From contig OZ244802.1 in assembly GCA_965220135.1 (NCBI GenBank), positions 2,464,164 through 2,528,163 of the forward strand: 64,000 nucleotides of DNA, read 5' to 3'. Origin of the DNA: Chloroflexota bacterium (GTDB taxonomy: Bacteria; Chloroflexota; UBA11872). The stretch's first letter is position 1. Each line of letters begins with the position of its first letter. Of the stretch, positions 1-9,862 are shown piece by piece. Under the pieces are notes generated by a model. The model had not been told where the DNA came from. It saw only the letters and a program-made list of their open reading frames with translations, and ran no database searches. The position numbers were made by a program, and so were the translations under genes.

Positions 1-1021
1 GTCTTCCGGGCAACCACCCCGGGGTTATGCAAAGGTCTCTCCGGACATCCCCGGCCCACGCCTCCAGCCTCCACCGGGCCGCGTCCCGCAAGCTGGCCGC
101 GCTGCCCGACGGCTCCGGCAACGCCAGCGCGAACCGCTGCACCGTGCCGTCGGACCGCTCGATCCGGCTGCCCACCTGCTGCGCCATCAGGCCCCGGCGC
201 GCCAGCCGCGCGGCCAGGCGCTGCGCCAGGGCCTGCAGCGCGAAGATCAGGCGGTCGACGTTGTGCTCTTCCCACTCGAAATCGATCGCTTCATCCAAGA
301 CGACCGCTTGCGTCCGACCCTTCAAGGATTGCGGGTCCTCACCACACGCCAGCCGCCGCGCCCGCGCCCCTTCCACCCCGTACCGCATCCGCACGGCGTT
401 CGCCGGCAGCTCGGCAAATGCGCCGATCGTGCCGATCCCCAGCATCCGCAGATGCCCCAGTGCCCGTTCGTCCAGCGGCAGCCGGTCGACCGGGTGGCTT
501 GCCAGGTAGGCCCGGTCCTCCCCGGAAACCACCGCCACGCCCGAATCCCCCGTCGTACGCGCCGCAACCTCCGCCGCCAGCCGTCCCGTCGCCAGTCCAA
601 CTTGGGCAACCTGCCCCGTGGCCGCTTCCACGTCCCGGCGGACCCGCGCCCCCAACGCTGCGTCCGGGCCGTACAGCGGCTCCAGGCCCGCTGCGTCGGC
701 AAACGCCAGCCCCACCCCGGCGTCCTCCACCACCGGCGAAAACCGCTCCAGCACGTCCAGCACCGCCCCGAACGCTTTGCCGTAACGCGGCGGATCGTCG
801 GCCACGTAGACGCCCTCCGGACAGCGCTGCGCCGCTTCCTTCACGGCCATCCCCGGCCGCAATCCCGCCTGCTGGGCGGCCTCGGAAACCTCGATCAGCC
901 GCCGCTGGTTAGCTTGCCGCGCGTAAATCGCCAGCGGCTGCGCCGACCACGACGGTTGCGTCTGCGCTTCCACCGTGGTTCGAAAGCGCGGAATCCACAG
1001 GCACAACGTCTTGCGGTCCAC
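1..1021 (-). CDS. imuB: Y-family DNA polymerase-like protein ImuB (3' end outside window)
   Basis: Not in ORF track. Hand translation from GTG 1021 (SD GAGGAGG ~1026-1032): MDRKTLCLWIPRF...VSEAAQQAGLRPGM...ERFSPVVE...LRMLGIGTIGAFAELP; frame open to position 1; follows RecA-like gene. Confidence 0.85.
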   Translation of the reverse strand, partial: MDRKTLCLWIPRFRTTVEAQTQPSWSAQPLAIYARQANQRRLIEVSEAAQQAGLRPGMAVKEAAQRCPEGVYVADDPPRYGKAFGAVLDVLERFSPVVEDAGVGLAFADAAGLEPLYGPDAALGARVRRDVEAATGQVAQVGLATGRLAAEVAARTTGDSGVAVVSGEDRAYLASHPVDRLPLDERALGHLRMLGIGTIGAFAELPANAVRMRYGVEGARARRLACGEDPQSLKGRTQAVVLDEAIDFEWEEHNVDRLIFALQALAQRLAARLARRGLMAQQVGSRIERSDGTVQRFALALPEPSGSAASLRDAARWRLEAWAGDVRRDLCITPGWLPGR

Positions 1022-1712
1022 TGGACCTCCTCGTGAACGGACACTCGATCACCAGCTGCTGCGCGCCCGTGTCGCTGCGCGACTTCAGCACCCGCACCTC
1101 CAGCGTCAGCCCTATGGGTGCCCGGGTCAGGCGGCTGCGCTGCCAGCGCCAGCCCCGGCAGGCCACGCCCAGGCGCAGCGAGGCCAGGTAAGGCAACCCG
1201 GCAACCCGCTGGCTCCCGGCCGCCGTCACCACCACCAGCCCGGCCGATCCCCGTCCCGCCAGGTCGGCCAGCTGCGACCACCGGTTGGCGCGCGGCCGTG
1301 CCGACTCCAGGTCCAGCAGCACCGCCTCGAAGGCATTGCTGCGCAGCAGCGTGGCGGCGGCTTGCAGCGTCGTCTCGGCGTCCGGCGGCTGCACCACCAC
1401 CAGCCGCGACAAATCCAGCCCCAGCGCCACCCCCGCGGTCGGCGCGAACGTCCCCGGCATATCCACGTAGGCCGCCAACCCGCCCCCATCCAGCGCGGCG
1501 CCCAGCACCCGCCACCCCAGCGTCAGCGCCCCGCTCCCCGCTGGCCCCGTCAGTTCGCTCAGTCGCCCCCTGGGAATCCCCTCGAACCCGGTCGCCTGGT
1601 CCAGCGCCCCGATCCCGGTCGAAAACCCGGCCTCCGGCGGGCTAACCCCAAACAACCGCCCCGCGGCATGCAACCCCCAGCGCTGTTCGATTTCATGCAC
1701 GGCCACCCGCAA
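909..1712 (-). CDS. imuA: RecA-like ImuA of mutasome cassette (true start probably upstream, CTG 1745/1775)
   Basis: STGIGALDQATGFEGIPRGRLSELTGPAGSGALTL (RecA N-terminus with degenerate Walker A), GLDLSRLVVVQP; directly upstream of imuB. Confidence 0.8.
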   Translation of the reverse strand: MRVAVHEIEQRWGLHAAGRLFGVSPPEAGFSTGIGALDQATGFEGIPRGRLSELTGPAGSGALTLGWRVLGAALDGGGLAAYVDMPGTFAPTAGVALGLDLSRLVVVQPPDAETTLQAAATLLRSNAFEAVLLDLESARPRANRWSQLADLAGRGSAGLVVVTAAGSQRVAGLPYLASLRLGVACRGWRWQRSRLTRAPIGLTLEVRVLKSRSDTGAQQLVIECPFTRRSSGPQDVVPVDSALSNHGGSADATVVVGAAAGDLRAAS

Positions 1713-1891
1713 CGCGGCGGGACGCTCGGTGTCGAGAAGAGCCAGCGGAACACCCTGGGGAGTACGGGACGTCAGGATACCGTACGAAAACCGAACAAAA
1801 GAAGCGTGCCATGCGGAACGATGTCCTGGCGGCCCGGTTTCTCCACGCCCCGTGGCAGACTGCCCACACCAGAATCCGAAGGGCTACGGGT

Positions 1892-3232
1892 ATGTCCGCC
1901 AGCGCCGATTTGAAAGAGCGCATCGCCGCCGTGGTGGAGTCGCACCGCGACGACATCGTCGAAGTCGGCGACACGATCATGCGCAACCCGGAACTGGGGT
2001 TTAAGGAATTCGAGACCGCGGCGCTGGTGCAGCGCAAGTTCGACGAGTTGGAGTTGGACTATCGGTCGGGCCTGGCCCGAACCGGGGTCAAGGCAAAGAT
2101 CGACACGGGGCGACCGGGGCCCACGCTGGCGCTGATTGGCGAACTGGACGCGCTGGTGGTGGCCGGGCACCCGATGGAGAACCCGGAAACCCACGCCGCC
2201 CACGCCTGCGGGCATAACGCGCAGATTGCCGGCCTGATGGGCGCGGCGGCGGCGCTGAGCGATCCCACCATCCTGCGGGACCTGTGCGGCTCCATCGTGC
2301 TGTTTGCCGTGCCGGCCGAGGAGTACGTGGAGGTTGAGTACCGCCACGGCCTGGTGCAGGAGGGCGAACTGGAGTTCCTGGGCGGCAAGCCGGAACTGAT
2401 CGCGCGCGGCGAGTTTGACGACGTGGACCTGGCCATGATGATCCACACCCATTCGCGGCCCGACGAGAACGGCATGGCCTCCGTCACCGCCTCCAACAAC
2501 GGCTGCGTGGTCAAGCAGATCAGGTACATCGGCAAGGCCGCCCACGCCGGCGGTGCGCCCCACCTGGGCGTCAACGCCCTCTACGCCGCCCACATCGGTC
2601 TGGCGGCCATCAACGCCGTGCGCGAGACCTTCCGCGACGACGACGCCATCCGCGTGCATCCCATCATCACCCGTGGCGGCGACCTGGTGAACGTAATCCC
2701 GTCAGACGTAACCCTGGAAACCTACGTGCGCGGCAAGACCACCGACGCCATCGACGCGGCGGCCGCCAAGGTGGACCGCGCGCTCAAGGCCGGCGCCCTG
2801 GCGCTGGGCGCGGAAGTGGAGATCATCACGCTGCCCGGCTACCTGCCGCTGATCAACGATCAGGACCTGGCCGAGCTGTTCCTGGCCAATCAGCGCGTCG
2901 TGCACGGCGAGCCGCAGGCGCGGCGACAGGGGCACCGGACGGGGTCGACCGACATGGGCGACGTGTCGCACATCATGCCGGCGCTGCACCCCTCCATGGC
3001 CGGAGCGGTGGGCAGCAACCACGCGGTGGACTGGGCCATCGAGGACCCCCAAATGGCCTACCTGGAACCGGCCAAGGCCCTGGCCTGGATGGCCGCCGAC
3101 CTCCTGGGCAACGGCGCGCAGGAAGCGCGACGCGTGCTGGACAACTTCCAACCGCGCATGAGCAAGGACGACTACCTGGCGTATCAGCGGAGCCTCAGCC
3201 AGGTCCACCGCTGGTCCGGAGCCGAGTCGTAA
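1892..3232 (+). CDS. M20 family amidohydrolase
   Basis: NPELGFKEFET, ELDAL, AHACGHNAQ, PAEE, GKAAHAG, GSTDMGDVSH motifs. Confidence 0.9.
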   Translation: MSASADLKERIAAVVESHRDDIVEVGDTIMRNPELGFKEFETAALVQRKFDELELDYRSGLARTGVKAKIDTGRPGPTLALIGELDALVVAGHPMENPETHAAHACGHNAQIAGLMGAAAALSDPTILRDLCGSIVLFAVPAEEYVEVEYRHGLVQEGELEFLGGKPELIARGEFDDVDLAMMIHTHSRPDENGMASVTASNNGCVVKQIRYIGKAAHAGGAPHLGVNALYAAHIGLAAINAVRETFRDDDAIRVHPIITRGGDLVNVIPSDVTLETYVRGKTTDAIDAAAAKVDRALKAGALALGAEVEIITLPGYLPLINDQDLAELFLANQRVVHGEPQARRQGHRTGSTDMGDVSHIMPALHPSMAGAVGSNHAVDWAIEDPQMAYLEPAKALAWMAADLLGNGAQEARRVLDNFQPRMSKDDYLAYQRSLSQVHRWSGAES

Positions 3233-3283
3233 GTGCGGGGCATGCCGCCGGCCTCACGCCCCCCTGCGCGCCGCGCCTGACCC

Positions 3284-5539
3284 GTGGGACGAGTTCTCTG
3301 GCTCGCGTTCGCGGCAGGCGCGATCTGGCTGTGGGCCAGCCTCGCGCCCCAACTCACCTACCCGACGGCTTCCAGCGGTGACCCCGCCGGCGATGTCCTG
3401 ATCGCCTGGCCCGGCTGGGCCGTGCAGCAAGACGTCGGCGCGCTGCGCGGAACCATTGGCCGGTTCGATATATGGGTTTCGACTGACCCCGATGGCGGCG
3501 AGCTCACGCTCCTGGCCTCACTTGTGGACGCCTTCACGAAGGACGTGGTGCGCCAGACACGCGTGCTCATCACCCCGGCATATACGCCGGTGGCTCGCAC
3601 CCTGACGTTTCCCAGCTATGCCGTGCCTGAAGGGCAACGGCTGCTCCTGCAACTGGAAGCGGCGCCGTGGGAAGGCCGGTACGTGGTGTACGGCCTCACG
3701 CTCGCTCAATCCACCTATGCCAACCTGGCGCTGAACGGCGTGGCGGACGCCGGGCGCGGACCGCTGGCGTTTGGGCACTACGTGACCACCAGCGGCCTGC
3801 GCGCCGCGTTGCACGGCCAGCCGGACGCCCGCAACAACCTGGCGCTGGCGCTGGTCATGAGCGGACTGACGGCGTTGACGTATCCGGGCGTGGCCGCGCG
3901 GATCGGCCTGCGGAGCGCCGCTCGTTCAGCGACTCGCCTTACACGGCGCGCGGCGCTCCTGATACAACGGCTCGCTGGACCACCGAACCACGCCTCCGCT
4001 GACCGCCCGACCCGGAGACACCTTGGCGCGCTATCGGCGCCCTGGCACCCCTGGCCGGCGGCGCTCATTCCCGTCCTGCATTTTCTCGCCAGCAATCCGC
4101 TGCATTTCACCGCTGGCCAGGCGCTCGTTCCCGCCGCCGGCGTGCTGCTTGCCGTGACCGTGGGCGTAGTCGGGCTGTGGCTGGTCATCCGAAACTGGCG
4201 TCAGGCCGCCGCGGCCATGACGGCCGTCACCATCGTTGTCTTTGCGTACGGGCATGTGGACCTCGCGCTGGACGGCCGATTTGATGACCGCGTCCTCTTT
4301 CCCAGCGCCGCCGTCCTGGCTGTCGCCGCCGTGTGGCTGGCTCTTCGATGCCGGAAACAGGCCTCCCGACTAACGCCGTTTCTCAACGTCACCGCAGGCG
4401 TCCTTCTTCTGTTCCAGGTGACTTCACTTGCGGGCACCACAGCCGACATATCCGTCCAAGCGCCCCAACAGTTCTCGCCGACGGATTCTGGCGTCAATAG
4501 CAATCGACCTGATATTTACTACATCATTCTCGACGCCTATGGACGCCAAGACAGGCTTGGCGAGTTTGACAATTCGCCCTTCCTGGATGAACTCGAAACG
4601 CGTGGGTTTTACGTGGCCAGAGAGGCCATCAGCAATTATCGAAACACAATTCAGTCTTTGGCCTCGAGCCTCAATCTCGACTATCTCCACAACCTTCCGC
4701 CGACTACCGGGAAAACCAAGAGCGACGGAATCGAGTTGATTCAGAACAGCGCGCTGGCGGCGACGCTCCAATCCCTTGGCTACACCTACATCCATCTCGA
4801 GTCGGGCAACGTCGTAAGCGATCGCGCGCCGACGGCGGACATCTCCGTCAGATTCACGCCCGCCGGCGTGGTCGTTTCTGGCGCCGGCGAGGAGGTCAGA
4901 CATTCGCCGACTCTCCGGGCCACGCAAAGTGAAGGAGTTCGCCACAACAGCTTTCTTCGCTCCCTCATCGACGCCACGGCCCTGCGCCCGCTGACCGGCC
5001 ATCAGTTTCGCCCGAGTGATGACAGTCCGTACGAATCCTGGGCACCTGAACGAGTGCTCCAGATGTTTGAGTTTCTTGCCCACGCACCGCCCGCGCCCGG
5101 ACCGACGTTTGTCTTTGCCCACATTCTCAAGCCTCACACCCCGGCGACCTTTGATCGCCACGGGAATATGCTCATTAGCCATCGCAAGCGAGATCAGTTC
5201 AGCGACGACCACGACCCCACGGTGCCGGATGCGTACATCGGTCAGTTGATATTCACAAATTCACTAGTGCTAAGGACGGTCGATCGTATCCTGGAAAGTC
5301 GCAGCGAAAAACCGATCATCGTCATTGCATCGGATCACTCCCACTACGAGCCGGACAAGCACGCGATTCTGGCAGCCTTTCACTTTCCAGACGGAGGAAA
5401 CTCTTTGCTGTATCCATCCATAAGCTCGGTAAACCACTTTCGTTCCATGCTGGACTATTACTTCGGGTTTAACCTTGGACTTCTGGAGGATATCCAATTC
5501 GAACACCATGACAATCAGTTTGATATCCCGTTACCCTGA
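3284..5539 (+). CDS. Multi-pass membrane protein with N-terminal extracellular domain and C-terminal sulfatase/LTA-synthase-like (alkaline phosphatase superfamily) domain
   Basis: TM segments then PDIYYIILDAYGR, SNYRNTIQSLASSLN, FVFAHILKPHTP, IVIASDH. Confidence 0.75.
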   Translation: MGRVLWLAFAAGAIWLWASLAPQLTYPTASSGDPAGDVLIAWPGWAVQQDVGALRGTIGRFDIWVSTDPDGGELTLLASLVDAFTKDVVRQTRVLITPAYTPVARTLTFPSYAVPEGQRLLLQLEAAPWEGRYVVYGLTLAQSTYANLALNGVADAGRGPLAFGHYVTTSGLRAALHGQPDARNNLALALVMSGLTALTYPGVAARIGLRSAARSATRLTRRAALLIQRLAGPPNHASADRPTRRHLGALSAPWHPWPAALIPVLHFLASNPLHFTAGQALVPAAGVLLAVTVGVVGLWLVIRNWRQAAAAMTAVTIVVFAYGHVDLALDGRFDDRVLFPSAAVLAVAAVWLALRCRKQASRLTPFLNVTAGVLLLFQVTSLAGTTADISVQAPQQFSPTDSGVNSNRPDIYYIILDAYGRQDRLGEFDNSPFLDELETRGFYVAREAISNYRNTIQSLASSLNLDYLHNLPPTTGKTKSDGIELIQNSALAATLQSLGYTYIHLESGNVVSDRAPTADISVRFTPAGVVVSGAGEEVRHSPTLRATQSEGVRHNSFLRSLIDATALRPLTGHQFRPSDDSPYESWAPERVLQMFEFLAHAPPAPGPTFVFAHILKPHTPATFDRHGNMLISHRKRDQFSDDHDPTVPDAYIGQLIFTNSLVLRTVDRILESRSEKPIIVIASDHSHYEPDKHAILAAFHFPDGGNSLLYPSISSVNHFRSMLDYYFGFNLGLLEDIQFEHHDNQFDIPLP

Positions 5540-5769
5540 CCGCGAGCGGCGCGTCTCAGCGGCTCAATGGCTCTGTCGAACGACCATGCGCTCGTTTGGT
5601 CCTTCGCGCTGGCGCCGGAGCGACATGCGGAAGGATCCAGGAGCGCGGTCCTTGGACGATTCCCATGCCGCCGACAGAGAACCGTGGGTGGAGGACCGCG
5701 CCGTGGCACCGGCGCCATGACAGATTGCGCCGCCTACAATGCCCGGCAACGATTCCCGAGGATGTTCGT

Positions 5770-6399
5770 ATGCGACGGCTCCTGGCAATTGGACTGCTGC
5801 TCATCGCGCTGGCGGCGTGCGGTGAAGCCGAACCCGCCGCCGAGACATCGGAACCTGCGGAGGGTGGTGTGAAACAGTATTCGTCTCATCCGGGCACGGT
5901 CATCGAGGCCGGCAAGAGCTACACGGCCGTCATCAAGACCAACCTGGGTGACATGTCCTTCGACCTGCTGGCCGACGAATCGCCGCTGGCGGTCAACAGC
6001 TTCGTCTTCCTGGCCCGCGAGGGGTATTTCGACGGCGTCATCTTCCACCGCATCATCCCCGGCTTCATGGGACAGAGCGGCGATCCCACCGGAACCGGCG
6101 GCGGCGGCCCCGGCTACAAGTACGACATCGAGACGCCCGGCCGCCCCTACATCCGCGGCTCCCTGGCGATGGCCAACGCGGGTCCCGGCACCAACGGGTC
6201 GCAGTTCTTCATCGTGTTCGACAACCTGACGGAGCAAGGACGGCTGAGCCCGGACTACTCGCTCTTCGGACAGATGTCGGACGGCGAGCCTGCGCTGCAG
6301 GCGCTGGAAAGCGTGCCGGTGACCGCGAAACCCAGCGGTGAACGCTCACAGCCGCTCGAAGAGGTCCGCATCTCCACGATCGAGATCATCGAGCGCTAG
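5770..6399 (+). CDS. Cyclophilin-type peptidyl-prolyl isomerase, lipoprotein
   Basis: Lipobox LAAC; FHRIIPGFMGQSGDPTGTGGGGPGY, LAMANAGPGTNGSQFFI. Confidence 0.92.
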   Translation: MRRLLAIGLLLIALAACGEAEPAAETSEPAEGGVKQYSSHPGTVIEAGKSYTAVIKTNLGDMSFDLLADESPLAVNSFVFLAREGYFDGVIFHRIIPGFMGQSGDPTGTGGGGPGYKYDIETPGRPYIRGSLAMANAGPGTNGSQFFIVFDNLTEQGRLSPDYSLFGQMSDGEPALQALESVPVTAKPSGERSQPLEEVRISTIEIIER

Positions 6400-6402
6400 C
6401 CG

Positions 6403-7344
6403 GTGGCCGTTGGCGCCGCGCCAGCGCTGCGCCTGGCGGTCGATCCCCCGTTCAGCCTGTGGACGGCGGCGCTTCTGCACGGCTGGTACGCGCTGGCCCC
6501 GTTCCGCTGGCTTCCCGAATCGGAGACGCTTGAACGTGTCGACCGGCTGCCGTCGGGGGCCGTCTACACCGTGCGCCTGCGGGCCGCACCAGACTTTACG
6601 GACGGGCGGCGTGCGCTCGAACTGGAGGCGCGCCCTACACCGTCCGCCGCGGATGCTCGAGAGCTCTCCGCCCGCGTCCGACGCATGCTGCGCCTGGACG
6701 AGGACCTGACCGACTTCCATGCCCGTTGCCGAGGTTCACGCACGTTGCAACCGGTGGCGGACCTGGGCGCTGGACGCCTGCTGCGCAGTCCGGACCTCTG
6801 GGAAGACGTAATGAAGGGCATCTGCACCACCAACGTCACCTGGGAGCGGACCAGGCGAATGGTGGAAGCGCTGACGATGCTGGGACCAACGCCGGTAGAC
6901 GGGAACGCCAGGGCGTTTCCCACGCCGACCGAAGTCCTGGAGGCCGGATCCGACTTCCTGCAGAAGCAGGCCGGCGCCGGCTACCGGGCGCGCTCCATGC
7001 TCAGGCTGGCCGAAGGCGTGGCCGACGGCACGATCGATCTATCGATTCCGGACAGCCCCGATGTGTCATCGGCCGAGCGCCTGGCCGCCTTGGAGGCGCT
7101 GCCGGGAATCGGCCCTGTCACGGCCGGCTACCTGGCCATGCTGCTCGGCTCCTACGACTTCCTGACCCTGGATAGCAGCACGCGGGCATTCGCCGTTCGA
7201 ACCTTCGGCGAGGCGGCTGCCGACCATCGGAAACTCGCCCGGCATTACTCGCGCTTTGGCCGCTGGCGGGCGCTGGCCTTCTGGTGCCAGCGTTGGGTCG
7301 GCGGGGCGCAGGTGCAAGCCCGACTGGCAACGGAACTGGCATGA
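6403..7344 (+). CDS. HhH-GPD DNA glycosylase (AlkA/Ogg-like)
   Basis: GRLLRSPDLWED, AFPTP, GAGYRA, HhH LEALPGIGPVTA. Confidence 0.85.
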   Translation: MAVGAAPALRLAVDPPFSLWTAALLHGWYALAPFRWLPESETLERVDRLPSGAVYTVRLRAAPDFTDGRRALELEARPTPSAADARELSARVRRMLRLDEDLTDFHARCRGSRTLQPVADLGAGRLLRSPDLWEDVMKGICTTNVTWERTRRMVEALTMLGPTPVDGNARAFPTPTEVLEAGSDFLQKQAGAGYRARSMLRLAEGVADGTIDLSIPDSPDVSSAERLAALEALPGIGPVTAGYLAMLLGSYDFLTLDSSTRAFAVRTFGEAAADHRKLARHYSRFGRWRALAFWCQRWVGGAQVQARLATELA

Positions 7345-7850
7345 AGGACCCTGAGACTCCAGCCACGCACTCGCCGACGCACAGCAACGAGCTATCGGCA
7401 AACCTGCGACGGCTGCTCACGTTTGGACTAGGCGCCGCGGTGGCGGTGCTGGACCAGGTCGTAAAGGTCATCGTGGACAACGTCCTGTCGCCTTGGGGTG
7501 GGACCGTGGGACCGCTCTTCGACTTCCAGCGCGTCTACAACCCGGGCGTCAACTTCGGCCTGCTGTCCGAATTCCCGGAGGTTGTAATCGTCGCAACGCT
7601 CATGATTGGCGTTGGCTTCGCCGTGTACGCCCTGCTGCGCCCGCCGGAGCGTTGGACAACCATCGGTGGCTTCGCGCTGCTTCTAGGCGGCGGCTTCGGC
7701 AACCTGATCGACCGGTTCCGCATAGGCGCGGTGTTCGATTACCTGAACATCACCCCGTTCGTGGGCTACCTGAACCTGGCCGACCTGGCAATCGGTGCCG
7801 GGGTGATCCTGCTACTACTGGACGCCATGCTTCGCCGCGACGCCACCTAG
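7341..7850 (+). CDS. lspA: Lipoprotein signal peptidase II
   Basis: DQVVK, YNPGVNFG, GGGFGNLIDR, NLAD; ATGA overlap with upstream gene. Confidence 0.93.
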   Translation: MKDPETPATHSPTHSNELSANLRRLLTFGLGAAVAVLDQVVKVIVDNVLSPWGGTVGPLFDFQRVYNPGVNFGLLSEFPEVVIVATLMIGVGFAVYALLRPPERWTTIGGFALLLGGGFGNLIDRFRIGAVFDYLNITPFVGYLNLADLAIGAGVILLLLDAMLRRDAT

Positions 7851-7881
7851 CAACCGTCTGCCGAAGCTGTGCGGCACAACG

Positions 7882-8337
7882 TCAGTCGGCGCCTTTCTCG
7901 TCAAGCCGGCGGAGACGGCGATTTGATTCACGCGATTGGAGAAGTCCCCGGTTGACGATGGCGGAGCCATGCTCGTCACCCTGCAGCCCGAAGCCCTTCT
8001 CGTCCAGGAGTCGCGACACCCGCTCGTTGCGCTCCCAGAACTCGTCTTCCAGCCGCGCATTCTCGTCGGGATCAGGTGACATGGGGCGCATCCCGTCCAG
8101 GCTCTCCAGCGATTCCACCCGCCCGTCCTCATGGACGCGCACGTGACTGTCGTTGGTCATCCGGTGCGAGGAGTAGTAGTCCAGGTACTCGCCATCGTCG
8201 TCGGATCCAAACTGGTACCAGATCGTCCACCCGGCCTCGAGGATTTTCCCGCGCTGCCTGTTATCGACGGCCTCGCGCGGGAGCTCAATGCGCCAAACCT
8301 GGAACCTCTGCCTGAAGTGCTCTTCGATTCGACGCAT
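7882..8337 (-). CDS. Hypothetical protein
   Basis: Protein-like composition (GWTIWYQFG, YLDYYSSHRMTND); GGAG upstream of ATG. Confidence 0.7.
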   Translation of the reverse strand: MRRIEEHFRQRFQVWRIELPREAVDNRQRGKILEAGWTIWYQFGSDDDGEYLDYYSSHRMTNDSHVRVHEDGRVESLESLDGMRPMSPDPDENARLEDEFWERNERVSRLLDEKGFGLQGDEHGSAIVNRGLLQSRESNRRLRRLDEKGAD

Positions 8338-8425
8338 GCTCCGCCCCCAAAAACGTCTCAGTGTCCTCGCCGATCCCCTGGCGGCCTCAGCCAACAACGA
8401 GAGCACGGTCGGACCGCATTACCGG

Positions 8426-8497
<72 letters not shown>

Positions 8498-8532
8498 TGA
8501 ACTGGACGCGCATTCTAATAAGCTGCGGTTCC

Positions 8533-9309
8533 ATGGAATCCTGGCGGCTGCTGGTCTCGCCCGCGGACCGCGGGGCGCGAAACCTCGCGACCGATCAAGC
8601 CGTGGCCGAACACGTGCGCGACGGCGCCTCGCCCCCAACCCTGCGCTTCTACACCTGGCGTCCCGCCGCCCTCAGCCTGGGCTACGGCCAGCCGCTGACG
8701 GCGGTGGCTACCGATCTGGCCCGCCAATACGGCATTGACCTGATCCGACGGCCAACCGGCGGGCAGGCCATCTTGCACAACGACGAACTCACCTACGCCC
8801 TCATGCTGCCGCGAACACACGCGCTGGCCGCCGGCGGCGTGCTGCGGTCGTACGAACGCTTGAGCGCCGGGTTCGAACGCGGGTTCGCCGCGCTCGGCCT
8901 GGACACGCGCCAGGGCGACTGGCAGTCCGACGCGGCCGACGGCGCGGGTCTCCTATGCTTCGCCTCACCCAGCACTCACGAGCTGTCGGCAAAGGGCGTC
9001 AAGATCATGGGCAGCGCGCAAACCCGGCTCCGAGGCGCGCTGCTGCAACATGGAAGCATCCCGTTCGCGCACGATCCGCGCATCTACGACCTGCTACGGC
9101 TGCCGCGCTCGCATACGCTCAACGCGCTGCGCGATCTCCTGGCCCCGGCCCCAACGGTCGGTGCGCTGATCGAAACGCTGGCAACGGGATTCAGCGACGC
9201 GTTGCAGGTCGCCCTGACGCCAGGCGGCCTCACCGGACCCGAGCGCAAACGCCGCGATGCGCTGATACGGAAACGATATGCCTGCGATGCCTGGCTTGCC
9301 CGACGCTGA
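8533..9309 (+). CDS. Lipoate-protein ligase family protein (LipM/LplA-like)
   Basis: NLATDQA, PTLRFYTW, RRPTGGQAILH, KIMGSAQ, QHGSI. Confidence 0.9.
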   Translation: MESWRLLVSPADRGARNLATDQAVAEHVRDGASPPTLRFYTWRPAALSLGYGQPLTAVATDLARQYGIDLIRRPTGGQAILHNDELTYALMLPRTHALAAGGVLRSYERLSAGFERGFAALGLDTRQGDWQSDAADGAGLLCFASPSTHELSAKGVKIMGSAQTRLRGALLQHGSIPFAHDPRIYDLLRLPRSHTLNALRDLLAPAPTVGALIETLATGFSDALQVALTPGGLTGPERKRRDALIRKRYACDAWLARR

Positions 9310-9850
9310 TCCACCATTGACCGAAGTCATGCAGCGCGCCCTGACCGTGCTGTGGGCGCTCGGTCCCAGGGTTGCGCTTGACCTTGGCTGCGGAACCGGC
9401 CGCGAAACGCTGGCCCTTGCCGCCCTGCCCGACGTGCGCGTGGTGGCCATCGACACGGATCGGGAAGCCCTGGCTGCCGGGCCGACGCAGGCCAACGTGC
9501 TGTACGTACAAGCGGATGCGACGCGTCTGCCGCTTGCCGACAACGCCGCGCAGGCCGCCTATAGCTTTGGCCTGTTGCAGGCGCTTGGTGGAAACAGCGA
9601 CGCGCCGATTCGCAACCTGATGCAGGAGTTGCAGCGCGTCATCGACTCCTCCGGCGTCGCCATCATGGGAACGCTGGCCGACTTCCGCGGCATCAAGCGG
9701 CCCGACCGCAGCCTGACCGGCGCCGAGGTTTCGAAAGCGCTGCGCGGGTGTTTTGTGCTCCAGGAACTCATCGGCTTGATTGACCGTGAGAATGACGGGC
9801 AGCGCTGCCGCTACTGGTATATCGCCGCGACGCCGTTCGCGGATGGGTGA
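9278..9850 (+). CDS. Class I SAM-dependent methyltransferase
   Basis: ALDLGCGTG, ADATRLPL. Confidence 0.8.
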   Translation: MPAMPGLPDADPPLTEVMQRALTVLWALGPRVALDLGCGTGRETLALAALPDVRVVAIDTDREALAAGPTQANVLYVQADATRLPLADNAAQAAYSFGLLQALGGNSDAPIRNLMQELQRVIDSSGVAIMGTLADFRGIKRPDRSLTGAEVSKALRGCFVLQELIGLIDRENDGQRCRYWYIAATPFADG

Positions 9851-9862
9851 TCGGCGGGTTCG

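Noticed and set aside
1782-1796. GTAC-N7-GAAC upstream of imuA as an SOS box
   Set aside because: Matches neither GAAC-N4-GTTC nor GAAC-N7-GAAC exactly; cannot be supported without a regulon alignment
5571-5679. CTCTGTCG/CGACAGAG-closed multi-stem region as a riboswitch
   Set aside because: No recognisable aptamer motif; such pairing is common in GC-rich DNA
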